A stretch of DNA of 64,000 nt from Azolla caroliniana (lineage: Eukaryota; Plantae; Polypodiophyta), in assembly GCA_043228905.1 (NCBI GenBank), contig JBHGNT010000010.1, forward strand, positions 10,292,001-10,356,000, in the 5' to 3' direction. The notes below the pieces were generated by a model. The model was not told the origin of the DNA. It saw only the letters and a program-made list of their open reading frames with translations, and ran no database searches. Below, in pieces: positions 13,201-23,907 of the stretch. How positions within the stretch are numbered: position 1 is the first letter of the stretch; each line of letters starts with the position of its first letter. The translations under genes were made by a program, and so were the position numbers.

Positions 13201-16152
13201 TACCGGCTTTGATTCGTCCTTGCTTCCTAGGTTCACTTCGTCGAGTTGGGATGTTTTTACCCGTTGGGAAACGGCCATTTCCCGTTCCAACGCTTCCTGT
13301 GCTTGCCGTAATTCTCGAATCGAATCTTTGTCTGGTTCGGCTTCGGTTTCGTCCCGCTGCGGCAAGTATGGCGCTACGGCTTCAGCCACGTCAATCTCGA
13401 AAAGTGGTACGATCTTCGGGTGTTCCTCCAAGTACTGGGCTTCTTCGTCGTCTGCCAACCCTTCAAGCATGTTCACGCATTCCGCATACAGCGGTGTGCA
13501 TTCCTTACCGTTGCTCGTCCGTGGTTGTGTCGGTACCCGGACCTTGGCTTTTCCGCGCCGGAAGGTAATCATATTTTTCCGCCAATTTTGCTTGATGTGT
13601 GTTGTTTTCAACCATGGTCTGCCCAGCAACAGTGGGTACGCGCCTTGCGCCTGTAGCTGCAGCACTACAGCCGAGATGTGAAATGTGTGACCTCCTATGG
13701 TGACTTCCAATTTCCGTATTAAGCCCGTCGGCCGTACAGAGCTCGTATCCGCCATTCGTAGCCAGAACGGACATGGCTCCCATTCATGTATACCCAAGGC
13801 ATCACACGTGCGGAGGCTTATTACGTTCACCCCGGAACCTCCATTGATTACTGTGCCGGGAAGTTCGTGCCCTTTGACAATAGCTGTAATCACCGGACTA
13901 CTAGTGTCCACCACCGTCGGTCCCTCCTCCGGATTCGAGAAGAGGACTGGTGCCGGTGGGGCTATACCGTCTGTCATGACCGTTTTTAGTCCTTTCGTAA
14001 ATCGCGGCACGAGCTGCAAGAGTCTTCCTAATGGCAACGTGATCTGACATTCTTGCAGTACTTGCCATGTCTCGTTTTCTGCGTGGCTACCGCCGACACT
14101 CCCTATGGTATTCGCCTTTTGCCGTTCCGCGTCCGCGACGTTCCTTTCATTGGCTTCCTTCACCCATTCCGTCGCCTGTTTTCGTATGGCCTCTTGTGTT
14201 TCCCACTCTTTGGCCATGCCTTTCGACCGTGTGGTTACTTGCTGTACATCCGCCACTTCCGGAACCACCATATTAATAGCTGGTCGTTTATCGTAGCTCT
14301 TTGCCGGGCACTGGTTACTGTAGTGGCCTTCCTGCTTGCAGTAGTAGCAGTACTCTTTACGGGTATTGCTGGATTCAGCATTGCTGGTAGCCGGAGTCGG
14401 TCCCGTAGTGAGTGGTGCGTTCTGTGCCGGTTGGCTCCTTGGGGTTCCATGTTCCGGGTCCCTAGGGTGACCACCTTTCTTGAAATTACGTTTCTTATTA
14501 TTCTTATTTTTATTTCGGTAGTCCGGTTGTGGTGGATCGTAAAATCGGCCGTAGTCCTCCTGGTGCCTTCGGTAACCAGGGGAATGGTCTCTGTCGTATT
14601 GCTCGTGTCGTCTGTTGGACTCCCGATAACGGTCCGATCGCTCATACCGGTCGTAGTTATCATGCCGATCCCTGTACCGGCCATCATTCTCTTGTCTGTC
14701 TCCGTACCGGACATCCTGTGCCGGTCGGTACCGGTTCATTCTTTGCCAACGATCCTCATCTTCGTCTCGGCTGCTTCTTGGCTCGATCCGTCGAACGGGT
14801 GGTGCTTGTCGGTTTAGCAGGTTATACTCGCACCGGTCCGTTGTATGACTCTTGGATTGACAAATCACACACTGGGTTCGCATGGTGCACTCCACTGCCG
14901 AGTGTCCGACATTCAAGCAGATTGTGCATTGAATTGCCTGCCGGAACCGGAGATCTTCATCTGTGGGTAACGCCCGTTGCAGTGCTCCCAGTGTAAGCCA
15001 TGAGCTTGACTTTTCCATTTCTCTGACCCGGTCAATGACCTGGTCAATGGTGCTTCCTCGAAAGTCGATCACCGTACACACCGTGCGTAACGGTTCCCGG
15101 AGTGCGTTTAAAAATATCGTCCGTAATTCTTCCTCCGGGGGTGCACGGGCAAGCTGACTATGCATTCGTTGGAAGCGGATGACGAATTGGGGAATGCTTT
15201 CCCCTGCCTCTTGTTGGATCGTATAAAACAGGCCCACCATCGTCGTCTGGTCGACCTCCTTGTGGAAAAAATGCAAAAATTTTGCTTTTAATTCTGCAAA
15301 GGTTGTGATGGTCGCCGGGTCCTGCGTCCGCCGCCATCGTGCCGCTGGTCCTTCCAACGTGACCCCGAATTCCGCTATCTTCGAGCGTTCTTCTTCCTCC
15401 GGTGTCAATCGCTGGGACGCGTGATTTGCTTCCCATGTCTGCTCGAAGGCATGAACATGCGCTTCCGCGTCCGGATCATCGCGATACTTTGAGTATTGGA
15501 ACGGCATGTCGTCGTCCAGTATTAGGCCGCGGTTTAGTGGCGTTTGTTGATATCTTTCCGGTTTTCTCTCCGGTTCCACTTCCGGTTCTTTTGCCGGTGC
15601 TTTTTCCGGTTCCTTTTCCGGTTCTTTTCCCGGTTCCTTCACCGGCTCTTCTTCCGGTACCTTTGCCGGCTCTTTCGTTGGTGTCGGTGGCTTTGCTTCT
15701 TCCACTTCCGGTGTTGGTGGGTTGACGGCTTCCGTTTGCGGTTCCGGATAGCCCTGGTCGAACGGTTCCGGTTCTGGAGTCGGCACGGTATCCGACCCGT
15801 CGTCCTCCGGGCCGCCGGGGGTATCGTTGCTACTCCGGTAGTTCGTGTGCACGCTGTATCCCCCTTCGGAATCCGATTCGTAGGCCGAAAAGGCTTCTGC
15901 CTCGTTTTCTCCGCTTGCCAGCGCCTCGAGGAGGCGTTCGGTTTCCCGGAGACTACTTAGACTGCTTCCGTCGTCCTGGTCGCGAGTTTGCTGTAACCGA
16001 AGAGATTCCTCCGCGACTCTCCGGATCTCGTTGGAGAACGAACGATCCGAGCGAATTTCGTGCACTGCCTGCTGGAAAGTCTCACGCCGTCTTTGCCGTT
16101 CGGCGAGGCGTCTAGCTCGGTCTGTAACCAGGTCGTGCGTTGGTCTAGTCAT
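10270..16152 (-). CDS. Element C Gag-Pol polyprotein (1960 aa; protease catalytic Asp appears changed to Asn)
   Basis: Single ORF with three CCHC knuckles, VINGGSGVN (E has IIDGGSGVN), RT FLDDF, RNase H VDASD, integrase HHCC and DDE. No chromodomain. Confidence 0.96.
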   Translation of the reverse strand: MTRPTHDLVTDRARRLAERQRRRETFQQAVHEIRSDRSFSNEIRRVAEESLRLQQTRDQDDGSSLSSLRETERLLEALASGENEAEAFSAYESDSEGGYSVHTNYRSSNDTPGGPEDDGSDTVPTPEPEPFDQGYPEPQTEAVNPPTPEVEEAKPPTPTKEPAKVPEEEPVKEPGKEPEKEPEKAPAKEPEVEPERKPERYQQTPLNRGLILDDDMPFQYSKYRDDPDAEAHVHAFEQTWEANHASQRLTPEEEERSKIAEFGVTLEGPAARWRRTQDPATITTFAELKAKFLHFFHKEVDQTTMVGLFYTIQQEAGESIPQFVIRFQRMHSQLARAPPEEELRTIFLNALREPLRTVCTVIDFRGSTIDQVIDRVREMEKSSSWLTLGALQRALPTDEDLRFRQAIQCTICLNVGHSAVECTMRTQCVICQSKSHTTDRCEYNLLNRQAPPVRRIEPRSSRDEDEDRWQRMNRYRPAQDVRYGDRQENDGRYRDRHDNYDRYERSDRYRESNRRHEQYDRDHSPGYRRHQEDYGRFYDPPQPDYRNKNKNNKKRNFKKGGHPRDPEHGTPRSQPAQNAPLTTGPTPATSNAESSNTRKEYCYYCKQEGHYSNQCPAKSYDKRPAINMVVPEVADVQQVTTRSKGMAKEWETQEAIRKQATEWVKEANERNVADAERQKANTIGSVGGSHAENETWQVLQECQITLPLGRLLQLVPRFTKGLKTVMTDGIAPPAPVLFSNPEEGPTVVDTSSPVITAIVKGHELPGTVINGGSGVNVISLRTCDALGIHEWEPCPFWLRMADTSSVRPTGLIRKLEVTIGGHTFHISAVVLQLQAQGAYPLLLGRPWLKTTHIKQNWRKNMITFRRGKAKVRVPTQPRTSNGKECTPLYAECVNMLEGLADDEEAQYLEEHPKIVPLFEIDVAEAVAPYLPQRDETEAEPDKDSIRELRQAQEALEREMAVSQRVKTSQLDEVNLGSKDESKPVHIAKEMKPEDKAAMIKLLTEFHDVFAWSYEDMRGLDPQLYQHQIHLGKDAKPVAQRRYRMNPNYAAKVKEEIDKLLRVGFIRPVKKATWLSPIVVVPKKNGKIRVCVDYRKLNAATVTDAFPLPFTDGVLDAIAGHEVYSFLDGFSGYNQIRMHPDDQEKTAFVTEWGVFVAEVMMFGLKTAPATFQRIIMEIFGEYIPAFMQVFLDDFAVYSREKDHLQHLRLCLEKCRLYRLSLNPAKCIFGVSSGILLGHIVSKEGIAVDPDKVNAILGAPAPKTAKALSRFLGQIRWHSRMLRHLADLATPLHTAVHRTPFQWTDTEDKAYNALKVLLSQAPVVQPPDWSKEFHVFVDASDIAIGSALMQLSEPKWYRPVYYASRKLSQAEKNYSTTEREALGMIYIVTKFRHYLLGRKFSFHVDHSALLYLVSKASLTGKLARWTLLLQEFEFEIFHRPGIQHAVADYLSRLESGESGDGVSDEFPDAELFRITPETAADDTVASKDRWLTNMHQFLSTGLPPKEMNRDERKRLAVQSRNFCRLRDTLYHKGADGIWRRAVRSDEKQVILREAHCGVAGGHYAGEATARKVWQSGLWWPTTLKDAVKYAKECDLCQRMGQPTEQARMPHQPVLPLEPFQKWGLDFVGPFKPPAMRTGNRYVIVATDYCTKWVEAKPLRDNTASSTAKFLYENIWCRYGCPIELISDQGVHFLGQVVESLTTFYAVVHKRSTPYYPQANGLAESTNKTLQNILRKIVNENRTDWDTKLHSALWAYRTAYKTSIRTTPFRLAFGLEAVMPVEFQVPSLRIQLRERLNEKESEEMRLAALCELEEQRLASILHMELEQRRWKAFVDRHRKGNEKMFEIGKPVLVFQTRMGKMPGKLRFRWTGPYWLTREYNGSYQLGTLAGEVLGKWVNGFRLKPYKGPMPSNPFMQPTGTIPGTCPGTVRMEEIDDGEPVAEAKEDTATRKENGKGPKGPTDV

Positions 16153-16187
16153 CCATTAAGCCGTCGTTCGCTGCGAGAAAGCAGGAA

Positions 16188-16199
16188 TCGTGGTCGCCA
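16188..16199 (-). promoter_or_regulatory. PBS of element C (TGGCGACCACGA, tRNA-Arg type)
   Basis: 6 nt inside the 5' LTR, same PBS as in E and F. tRNA identity recalled. Confidence 0.8.
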
Positions 16200-16205
16200 A
16201 AACTG

Positions 16206-16624
16206 TGTTATTCTCTGACCGGACAAGGCCTAACACAAGGTGTCACGGAGACACTTCACCAAAGGGTGATTACGGTATAGGATTATGACTCAACGATTAC
16301 ACCGACTTAAGTAGGTTACACGATTAGAGCGCTTTTGTTAACTACACGCGTAAGATATAACAGTAAGTACAGAACGGAAATCAACACAGAAGTATAAACA
16401 CCATATGCTCTATTAATTATCCGCCGCGATTACAATGGGGTCCGGGCCTTTAAATAGGTTTCCGGCCCGTAGTACAAAACGGTGCCTATCGCACCTATTC
16501 GGGATCCGTCCGGATCTGGAACGGCATACCGTTTCCAGTCCGTTCGTCCACACTATGCTTATTTACAACCATACTTAATTAATTCCTTCACTCCGTATTT
16601 TGGACTCCTTGCCGGCCGGTAACA
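16206..16624 (-). repeat. 5' LTR of element C
   Basis: Direct repeat of 6768-7186, adjacent to PBS. Confidence 0.97.
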
Positions 16625-16629
16625 GACTG

Positions 16630-18023
16630 AAGCAAGCCCCGCATGCCTGGAACGCGAAGATCATGCAACAACTGTGTTGGATGGGCTTCGTCATGTCAAA
16701 ATCAGACTCTTCCCTCTTCATCCGAAAAGGTTGACTCGGACCGGTTAGTATTTTACTATACGTTGATGACTTGGTCATCACCGGCGCCGACCTAGGTGAA
16801 ATCGACCGCGTGAAGCTCCAGCTTGCGGCATCGTTCGACATGAAGGATCTGGGGGACCTTCATTACTTCCTCGGGAGCGAAGTGATCCGTACCCCCGAAG
16901 GCATATTGATCAGCCAACGTCATTACGTGTTGAGTATGCTCTTCAAATTCGGAATGACCGACTGTAAGTCCGTCTCAACTCCTCTGGACAGAACCGTCAA
17001 GCTTCGTCCCGATACGGGAAAGGTATCGATCCGACGAGGTTCTGACAAATTGTCGGAAGCCTCATATACTTGACCATCACCCGACCCGACCTCCATTATC
17101 CGATCGGAATGATCAGTCAGTTCATGGTGCGACCTATCGAGGAGCACCTTCAGTGTGCGCAACGCATACTTCGGTATGTCAACGACACTAAGGACCGGGG
17201 ATTGCTATATCGGACCGGTGCAGCCGCGCAGTTAGTTGGCAACACCGATGCTGATTGGGCTGGCAATGCCGCCGATCGCCGATCCACGTCTGGATACACG
17301 TTCTCCCTCGATAATGTCGCGATCGCGTGGAGCAGTAAGAAGCAGCCGACAGTTGCGTTGTCCAGCACCGAAGCGGAGTACTGAGGAGCGGCTGTCGCAA
17401 CATGCGAAGCTATATGGTTGAAGCGGCTACTTAAGGACCTGCAAGAGGAGGTGTCAGATCCGACGACGATCTATTGCGACAACCTCAGCAGCATCCAGCT
17501 CGCGAAAAACCCCGTTTTCCATGCACGGACCAAGCACATTGAGGTGCACTACCATTTCGTTCGTGAGCGTGTCCTTTCTGGTGAAGTCGAACTTTAGTAC
17601 GTTCCAACGGATCGGCAAACTGCCGACATCTTCATCAAGCCTCTTGGTCTGGACAAGTTGCGGCAATTCTCAGGTGCGCTCGGATTGCGTCACCTCGACG
17701 TGCCAAACTTGAGGGGGAGAACAGTTCTGAACGACCAAGACTGCGACACCGATGTCAAGTTCGACTTCGGATCGACTGAAGAAGCCGAGGGCGGACCCGT
17801 GGAAAAGTCCGGAAGCGGACAGAAGGGGAGCAGCCGAGGGAGAGAGCCTAAGCCAACCACGCATAGGGAATATGACGCCATCGAGGGCGAGAAGACCGAA
17901 GACAAGTTGGAGACAGCCAACTCGGACGAGAGCGAAAACCGATCGAAGGTAGCCGAGTCGGTTTGGATGTCTGATTCAGATACGCTGAATCAACCGAGGC
18001 CCAAGCGGAAAAAAAGGCAGTAG
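16630..18023 (+). pseudogene. Copia B RT (C-terminal part), RNase H and low-complexity extension
   Basis: Resumes KQAPHAW after the TSD. Motifs YVDDL, DADWAG, SSTEAEY, HARTKHIEVHYHF, ADIF. Confidence 0.92.
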
Positions 18024-18209
18024 GAGAAGCGTCAACACCGCAACAACAGAAGAGCTGATAAGGGCCACATGAGCAGACAAGCCGACCGGAAGGGTCGAAG
18101 CGCACGGAGTCGAACAGGTTGTGGAGCGCGAGCGAGGCGTGAAGCCAGGAGGAACCGGAGCTGTGAGCCCGAAGATCCCGAAGAGCCTCAAGTTGAGCTT
18201 GAGGGGGAG

Positions 18210-18665
18210 TGTTGAGAGACAAGCTCAACATCAGCCGGATCGGCTGAAGAAGCCGAGGACCGGATCGGTTGGGACCGATCGGTTAGGCCGAATGCGTAAA
18301 CCGGTACACGGACCGGTGCGTAGGTAGGGCCGAATCGGTGCGTAAACTGGGAGGCCGTTAGGAAAGATATTCTGTGAGGAATATATTGGGAGTTAGTCTA
18401 GGAGCTCCTAATGAGCATTGAAGTACTATCAGTACTTCGGTCAGTCCTTCCAGGACTTGTATAAAAGTGTTCATTGAACACACATATGTATAGAGCGGTC
18501 AATAGAGATTGAGTATCTTTTTGTTGAATATAGTTCTTGTGTTTTCTCTCTCTCACTCCCCCTGTCTCTCCCGCGTATACTGCGTAAGCTCAAGCTCTCC
18601 ATTAAACCTGAGTTATCTTCCTTCTGTTCGGTCTTCATACTTGCTTCCGCACGCTACTTTTCACA
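18210..18665 (+). repeat. 3' LTR of copia B
   Basis: Follows PPT, TG...CA ends, TATAAAA at about 18460. Confidence 0.85.
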
Positions 18666-19336
18666 CCGTTTCCTATTGGCGCGCTCCTTTGCCGCCTGGT
18701 CCGTGTCGGCCACCTTCCCTTTAGTTGCCTTAGACGCCAACAGTTGCTGCCGTTTCGAGGCCAATTTCAGGGTGGCTTCGGTTGTTCTTCCCCGCTTAGT
18801 GGTCTTGACGAGCTTGATAGGTGGTGCCAATAGGGTGAGCCATTGCGCCACCGCCGTCCATATCTTCCGACCCTCCTTTCCTCTGACAGAGTCGATGTCC
18901 GCACAGAGGCCATCCACAATCAGTGCCGCCCAGTCCACCTTCATGCCTTCATATGTGGCTATGATTAAGCCGGCCTGGTTCAGGGGCATGCACGGGGGTT
19001 GAGGGTATACATGTCCAAATTCATGGAGCACACGGGCAAGCTCTCGAAAGAGTGGATCTTCGCCGCCCTGTGTCCGGTAGGCCTTGCTTGCCAGAGAGTA
19101 TTCCCCAAAATATTTTCGGAGCTGTTTCGGGGTAGGGTTGTTGATATTGAAGATTCCCCCTTCCGAAAGGCCAATCAACGCATGGATGGCCTCCTCAGTA
19201 ATCAACTCCGTGTCAATTTCTTTGACGATCTTCTCCGCCTCCCGATGCGGTGCGCCTCCATGATGGTGAGGAAACTCTCTAAGCCGTGTTGCCTTAGCCA
19301 CATCTTGGCTGCTTTAGAGAGTGCTTGGCAGTCCAT
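18666..19336 (-). pseudogene. Element F ORF2 N-terminal part
   Basis: YFGEYSLASKAYRTQGGEDPLFRELARVL...ATYEGMKVDW, homologous to ORF2 of C and E. Confidence 0.85.
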
Positions 19337-19729
19337 GGCTTCGTTGAGGTCGGTGAGCGCTGGTGAGGGTTGTGTGTGAGGAGTCTCTGTGTGCGTGGGC
19401 TCGTGTCTGCTGATCTTCAATCGCCTGTCTGCGTTTGTGCTCCTCTGTTCGCGAAATGTGAGGGTTTCTATGTGGTGGGGGTCTTCTTGTTGCATGTTAG
19501 CGCCTGCTTTTTTTTCTTACCCGCACGTGTGCACGTCGTGTACTAAAATAGAATGTCGTGCCATGTGCCGGCGGTTTAATACCCTATTAATAGCCCACTA
19601 CGTACCTTTTCAAAGTGCCTGTTCACTCCTTGTTTTTGCATGTGTTCGTTCACCCCTCGCCCTTGCATGATTTACTTTGATTTGATTTGATTTGATTTTT
19701 TTTATTTTTTTAAAAATGGTTTTGCTAAT

Positions 19730-22700
19730 TCGGAACCGGTCCCACTAGACCCCTATCCGGATTGTGGTCCTTGTCGGCCGCTGGACCGCTTGTTGTCACT
19801 TCTGACTTACCGGTGTCCGGTTCTGTGTCGCCCTTCACTTGTTCAAATGGGTTTCTTGGCATGGGTCCATTGTATGGTTTGAGTCGGAACCCATTGACCC
19901 ATTTATCCAGAACTTCGCCGGCGAGTGTCCCTAATTGGTAGGAACCGTTGAACTCTCACATAATCCAGTATGGTCCGGTCCACCGAAACCGTAGTTTTCC
20001 CGGCATCTTACCCATCCGAGTCTGGAACATGAGTACCGGCTTACCGATTCTGAACATCTTTCCGTTCCCTTTTCGGTGACGATCCATGAACGCTTTCCTT
20101 CGCCGTTGCTCTAGTTCTAGCTGCATGATGTTGGCTAGCCGGTGTTCTTCCAATTCGCATAGCGCGTTTAACCGGATAGCTTCCGATTCCTTCTCATTTA
20201 GGCGTTCCCGAATTTGTATTCGTAAACTCGATACTTGGAACTCTACCGGCATCACTGCTTCCAATCCAAACGCTAGGCGGAACGGTGTTGTGCGGATACT
20301 TGTCTTATATGCTGTTCGGTAGGCCCAGAGTGCACTGTGTAGCTTTGTATCCCAACTCGTCTGGTTCTCATTGACGATTTTCCGCAGGATATTCTGTAGT
20401 GTTTTATTTGTTGACTCTGCTAATCCGTTGGCTTGCGGATAATAAGGAGTGCTCCGTTTGTGCACCACCGCATAAAATGTCGTCAAACTTTCCACTACTT
20501 GCCCTAAGAAGTGCCCACCTTGGTCACTTATGAGCTCTATCGGACATCCATATCAGCACTAGATGCATTCATATAAAAAATTTGCCGTGGATGCCGCGGT
20601 GTTGTCCTGTAGTGCTTTCGCTTCCACCCATTTCGTGCAGTAATCCGTAGCGACGATCACGTACCGGTTGCTGGTTCTCATTGCCGGTGGTTTGAACGGA
20701 CCGACAAAATCTAGCCCCCATTTCTGAAATGGTTCTAACGGTAGCACGGGCTGGTGAGGCATTCTGGCTCGTTCGGTTGGTTGGCCCATTCATTGACATA
20801 GGTCACATTCTTTAGCGTACCGGACTACATCCCTTCAATGTTGTCGGCCACCATAGTTCACTCTGCCATATTTTCCTTGCCGTAGCATCTCCGGCATAAT
20901 GTCCTCCAGCCACGCTGCAGTGTGCTTCACGCAATATTATTTCCTTTTCGTCGTTGCGCACTGCACGCCGCCATATGCCATCTACACCGTTGTGGTACAT
21001 GGTGTCCTGTAATAGACAGAAGTGTCGGCTTTGAACTGCTAAGCATTTCCTCTCGTCTCTGTTCATCTCCTCTGGAGGTAAACCGGTGCTCAGAAATTGG
21101 TGCATGTTGGTAAACCACTTATCTTCCTCTACGACCATACTATCGGATGCCGTTTCTGCTGTGACTCTAAACAACTCGGTATCCGGTAAGTCGTTTGGGA
21201 CTCCGTCACTGGTTTCGCCAGAATCTAACCGGCTTAAATAGTCTGCTACCGCATGTTGTATGCCGGGTTAGTGGAATATCTCGAACTCGAATTCTTGCAA
21301 TAGTAACGTCCACCGAGCCAGCTTACCGGTGAGTGATGCTTTCGACACCAAATAGAGGAGCGTCGAATGATCTACGTGAAAGGAAAATTTCTTTCCCAAC
21401 AGATAGTGTTTAAACTTGGTGACACTGTAGATCATACCCAAGGCCTCCCTTTCCGTTGTGGAATAATTCCGTTCCGCTTGGGACAGCTTCCGGCTGGCAT
21501 AATAGACTGGCCGGTACCATTACGGTTCTGTCAGTTGCATCAGTGCACTCCCGATTGCGATGTCGGACGCGTCAACAAACACATGGAACTCTTGGCACCA
21601 ATCCGGAGGTTGCACCACCAACGCTTGTGACAACAGTACTTTTAGTGCCCGGTAAGCCTGGTCTTCTGTGTCCGTCCATCGGAACGGTCTCCGATGTACT
21701 GTGGCATGCAGTGGTGTAGCCAGGTCTGCCAGATACCGGAGCATTCTGCTATGCCACCGAATTTGTCCTAAGAACCGGCTTAGTGCCTTTGTCGTGGCTG
21801 GTGCCGGTGCCTCCAGGATTGCTTTTACTTTGTCCAGATCCACTGCGATACCGTTCTTGCTTACTATGTGGCCTAGTAACGCTCCGCTGGTTACTCTGAA
21901 CACACATTTTGCCGGGTTCAGGATTAGTCGGTAAACCCTACATTTTTCTAGGCATAGTCGGAGGTGCTGAAGGTGATCCCCTTCCTGGCTATAAACAACG
22001 AAGTCACCCAAGAACACTTGCATGAATGCCGGAATGAATTCCCCGAAAATTTCCATGATGATCCGCTGGAAGGTTGCCGATACCGTTTTCAGTCCGAACA
22101 TCATAACTACGGCAACAAAGACTCCCCATTCGGTGACAAAAGCGGTTTTCTCCTGGTCAATGGGATGCATCCAAATCCAATTATAGCTACTGAAACCATC
22201 CAGAAAACTGTACACCTTATGACCGGCGACCGCATCCAGGACTCCATCTGTGAATGGAAGTGGGAAGGCGTCCGTTACCGTAGCCGCATTCAATTTCCGG
22301 TAGTCGACACACACTCTGATCTTATCGTTCTTTTTGGGTACTACCACTATCGGGCTGAGCCATGTGGCTTTCTTTACCGGTCGGATGAAGCCCACTCTTA
22401 GCAACTTGTCGATTTCTTCTTTGACTTTTGCTGCATAATTCGGGTTCATCCGGTAACGTCATTGCGCTACTGGTTTGGCGTCTTTACTCAGATGTATCTG
22501 GTGTTGATATAACTGAGGATCGAGTCCCGGCATGTCCTCATAGGACCATGCAAACACATCGCGAAATTCTTTTAGGAGTGTGATCATTGCCGTTTTGTTC
22601 TCCGAAGTCATTTCCTTGGCAATGTGCACCGGTCTTGTGTCCTCTATGGTACCTAGGTTTACCTCTTCTAGTTGGGATGCTTTCACACGCTATGATACTG

Positions 22701-23226
22701 CCATTTCTTTTTCCAGTGCCTCTTGTGCTTGCCGTAATTCCCGGATTGCTTCTTTATCCGGTTCCTCGTCGGTCACGTCCGGTTGCAGTATGTATGGTGA
22801 CACTGCTTCAGCTACATCAATCTCGAAAAAAGGTACGATCTTCGGATTTTCCTGTAAGTATTGATCGACCTCTTCGTCTGCCAATCCTTCCAGCATGTTG
22901 ACACATTCCACATATAGTGGCGTTGACTCCTTGCCGGTACCGGGTCATGGTTGAGTCGGTACTGTACTTTCGCTTTTCCACGCCGGAACTTAATTATATT
23001 CTTCCTCCAGTTTTGCTTTATGTGTGTTGTTTTTAACCAAGGGCATCCCAACAATAGTGGGTAAGCTCCCTGAGCCTGTAGCTGGAGAACTACTGCGGAA
23101 ATGCGAAATGTGTGACCTCCGATGGTCACTTCTAGATCACGTATTAGTCCGGTCGGTCGTACTGAGCTTGTGTCCGCCATCCGAAGCCAAAACGGGCAGG
23201 GTTCCCAGTCATGGATTCCTAGAGTG
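19730..23226 (-). pseudogene. pol: Element F pol (PR C-terminus, RT, RNase H, integrase), multiple stops and frameshifts
   Basis: ORF fragments 19956-20495, 20559-20789, 20812-21174, 21520-22449 and 22459-23180 match C/E pol. Confidence 0.92.
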
Positions 23227-23670
23227 TGTCAAGATTCGAACTATTGACATGACCATGTTATAATGGAGTGTTATTTGTTAACCACACATCTAGCATATAA
23301 TCATGTATATACTTCCTCATTGTAGGTTTTAGCTAGCATCATGTGCATAATTCCTCCCTTGTATTATTTACACTTGTCACATGTATGCGTACCTACTGCC
23401 TACATGCTCTATTGTATCACATGCGTGCAACAGGTATGCATGCCACTTAGTATAAATAGTTGAGTTCACGTTGAAGGAATTCAACGTGAACAACGCCAGT
23501 CATGGACATATCAATCTAGTATTCCCATTTCGCCCATCCTCTCTCCTTGATCTTCATCTCTATCTTTATGCTCTTGTGTCATTCCTTGTCTTAAGTTCCT
23601 CGTGTCGTCGCTCCGTCATAGCCTCATCATCCATGCTCCATCTTAGTCCGCGCTTGGTGTGTCCGTGATA
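23227..23670 (+). repeat. 5' LTR of element H
   Basis: Direct repeat of 40184-40627. Terminal CA changed to TA. Confidence 0.95.
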
Positions 23671-23672
23671 GT

Positions 23673-23683
23673 TTGTTCACCTT
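23673..23683 (+). promoter_or_regulatory. Putative self-priming PBS of H (TTGTTCACCTT)
   Basis: Exact complement of AAGGTGAACAA (40440-40450), about 30 nt downstream of the LTR TATA box. No TGG tRNA-type PBS. Confidence 0.7.
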
Positions 23684-23907
23684 CCAACTAGAAGCATCAC
23701 TCGTCTCTGTCATCGCCCTTGCTTCTAGAGTTACCATTGTCACCGTACCATCATCAACATCGCTTCATTTCCTATCTTCCTCGCCATTTCTATCTCCTAG
23801 TTTCTTCTCATCATTTTCATTGGCTTTATATTTCTCCTCATCATTGTCTCTATTTTTTAGTTTCTTTCCCGTTCCCGTTCCCGTTGGTGTTCGTGTTCCA
23901 GTTCCCA

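Larger units (their letters stand above)
6768..16624 (-). mobile_element. Complete non-chromovirus Ty3/gypsy element C (Phygy-like) with extra ORF2
   Basis: 419-bp LTRs at 6768-7186 and 16206-16624 (5 differences by eye), TGTTA...TAACA ends, TSD GACTG at 6763-6767 and 16625-16629. Removing it restores copia RT YGL|KQAP. Confidence 0.97.
3615..18665 (+). mobile_element. Ty1/copia element B (degenerate; 5' end outside the window), interrupted by A and C, inserted in ORF2 of element F
   Basis: gag-PR-IN-RT-RNaseH order, PPT GAGGGGGAG at 18201-18209, LTR TGTTG...TCACA 18210-18665. Element F ORF2 starts immediately after. Confidence 0.93.
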
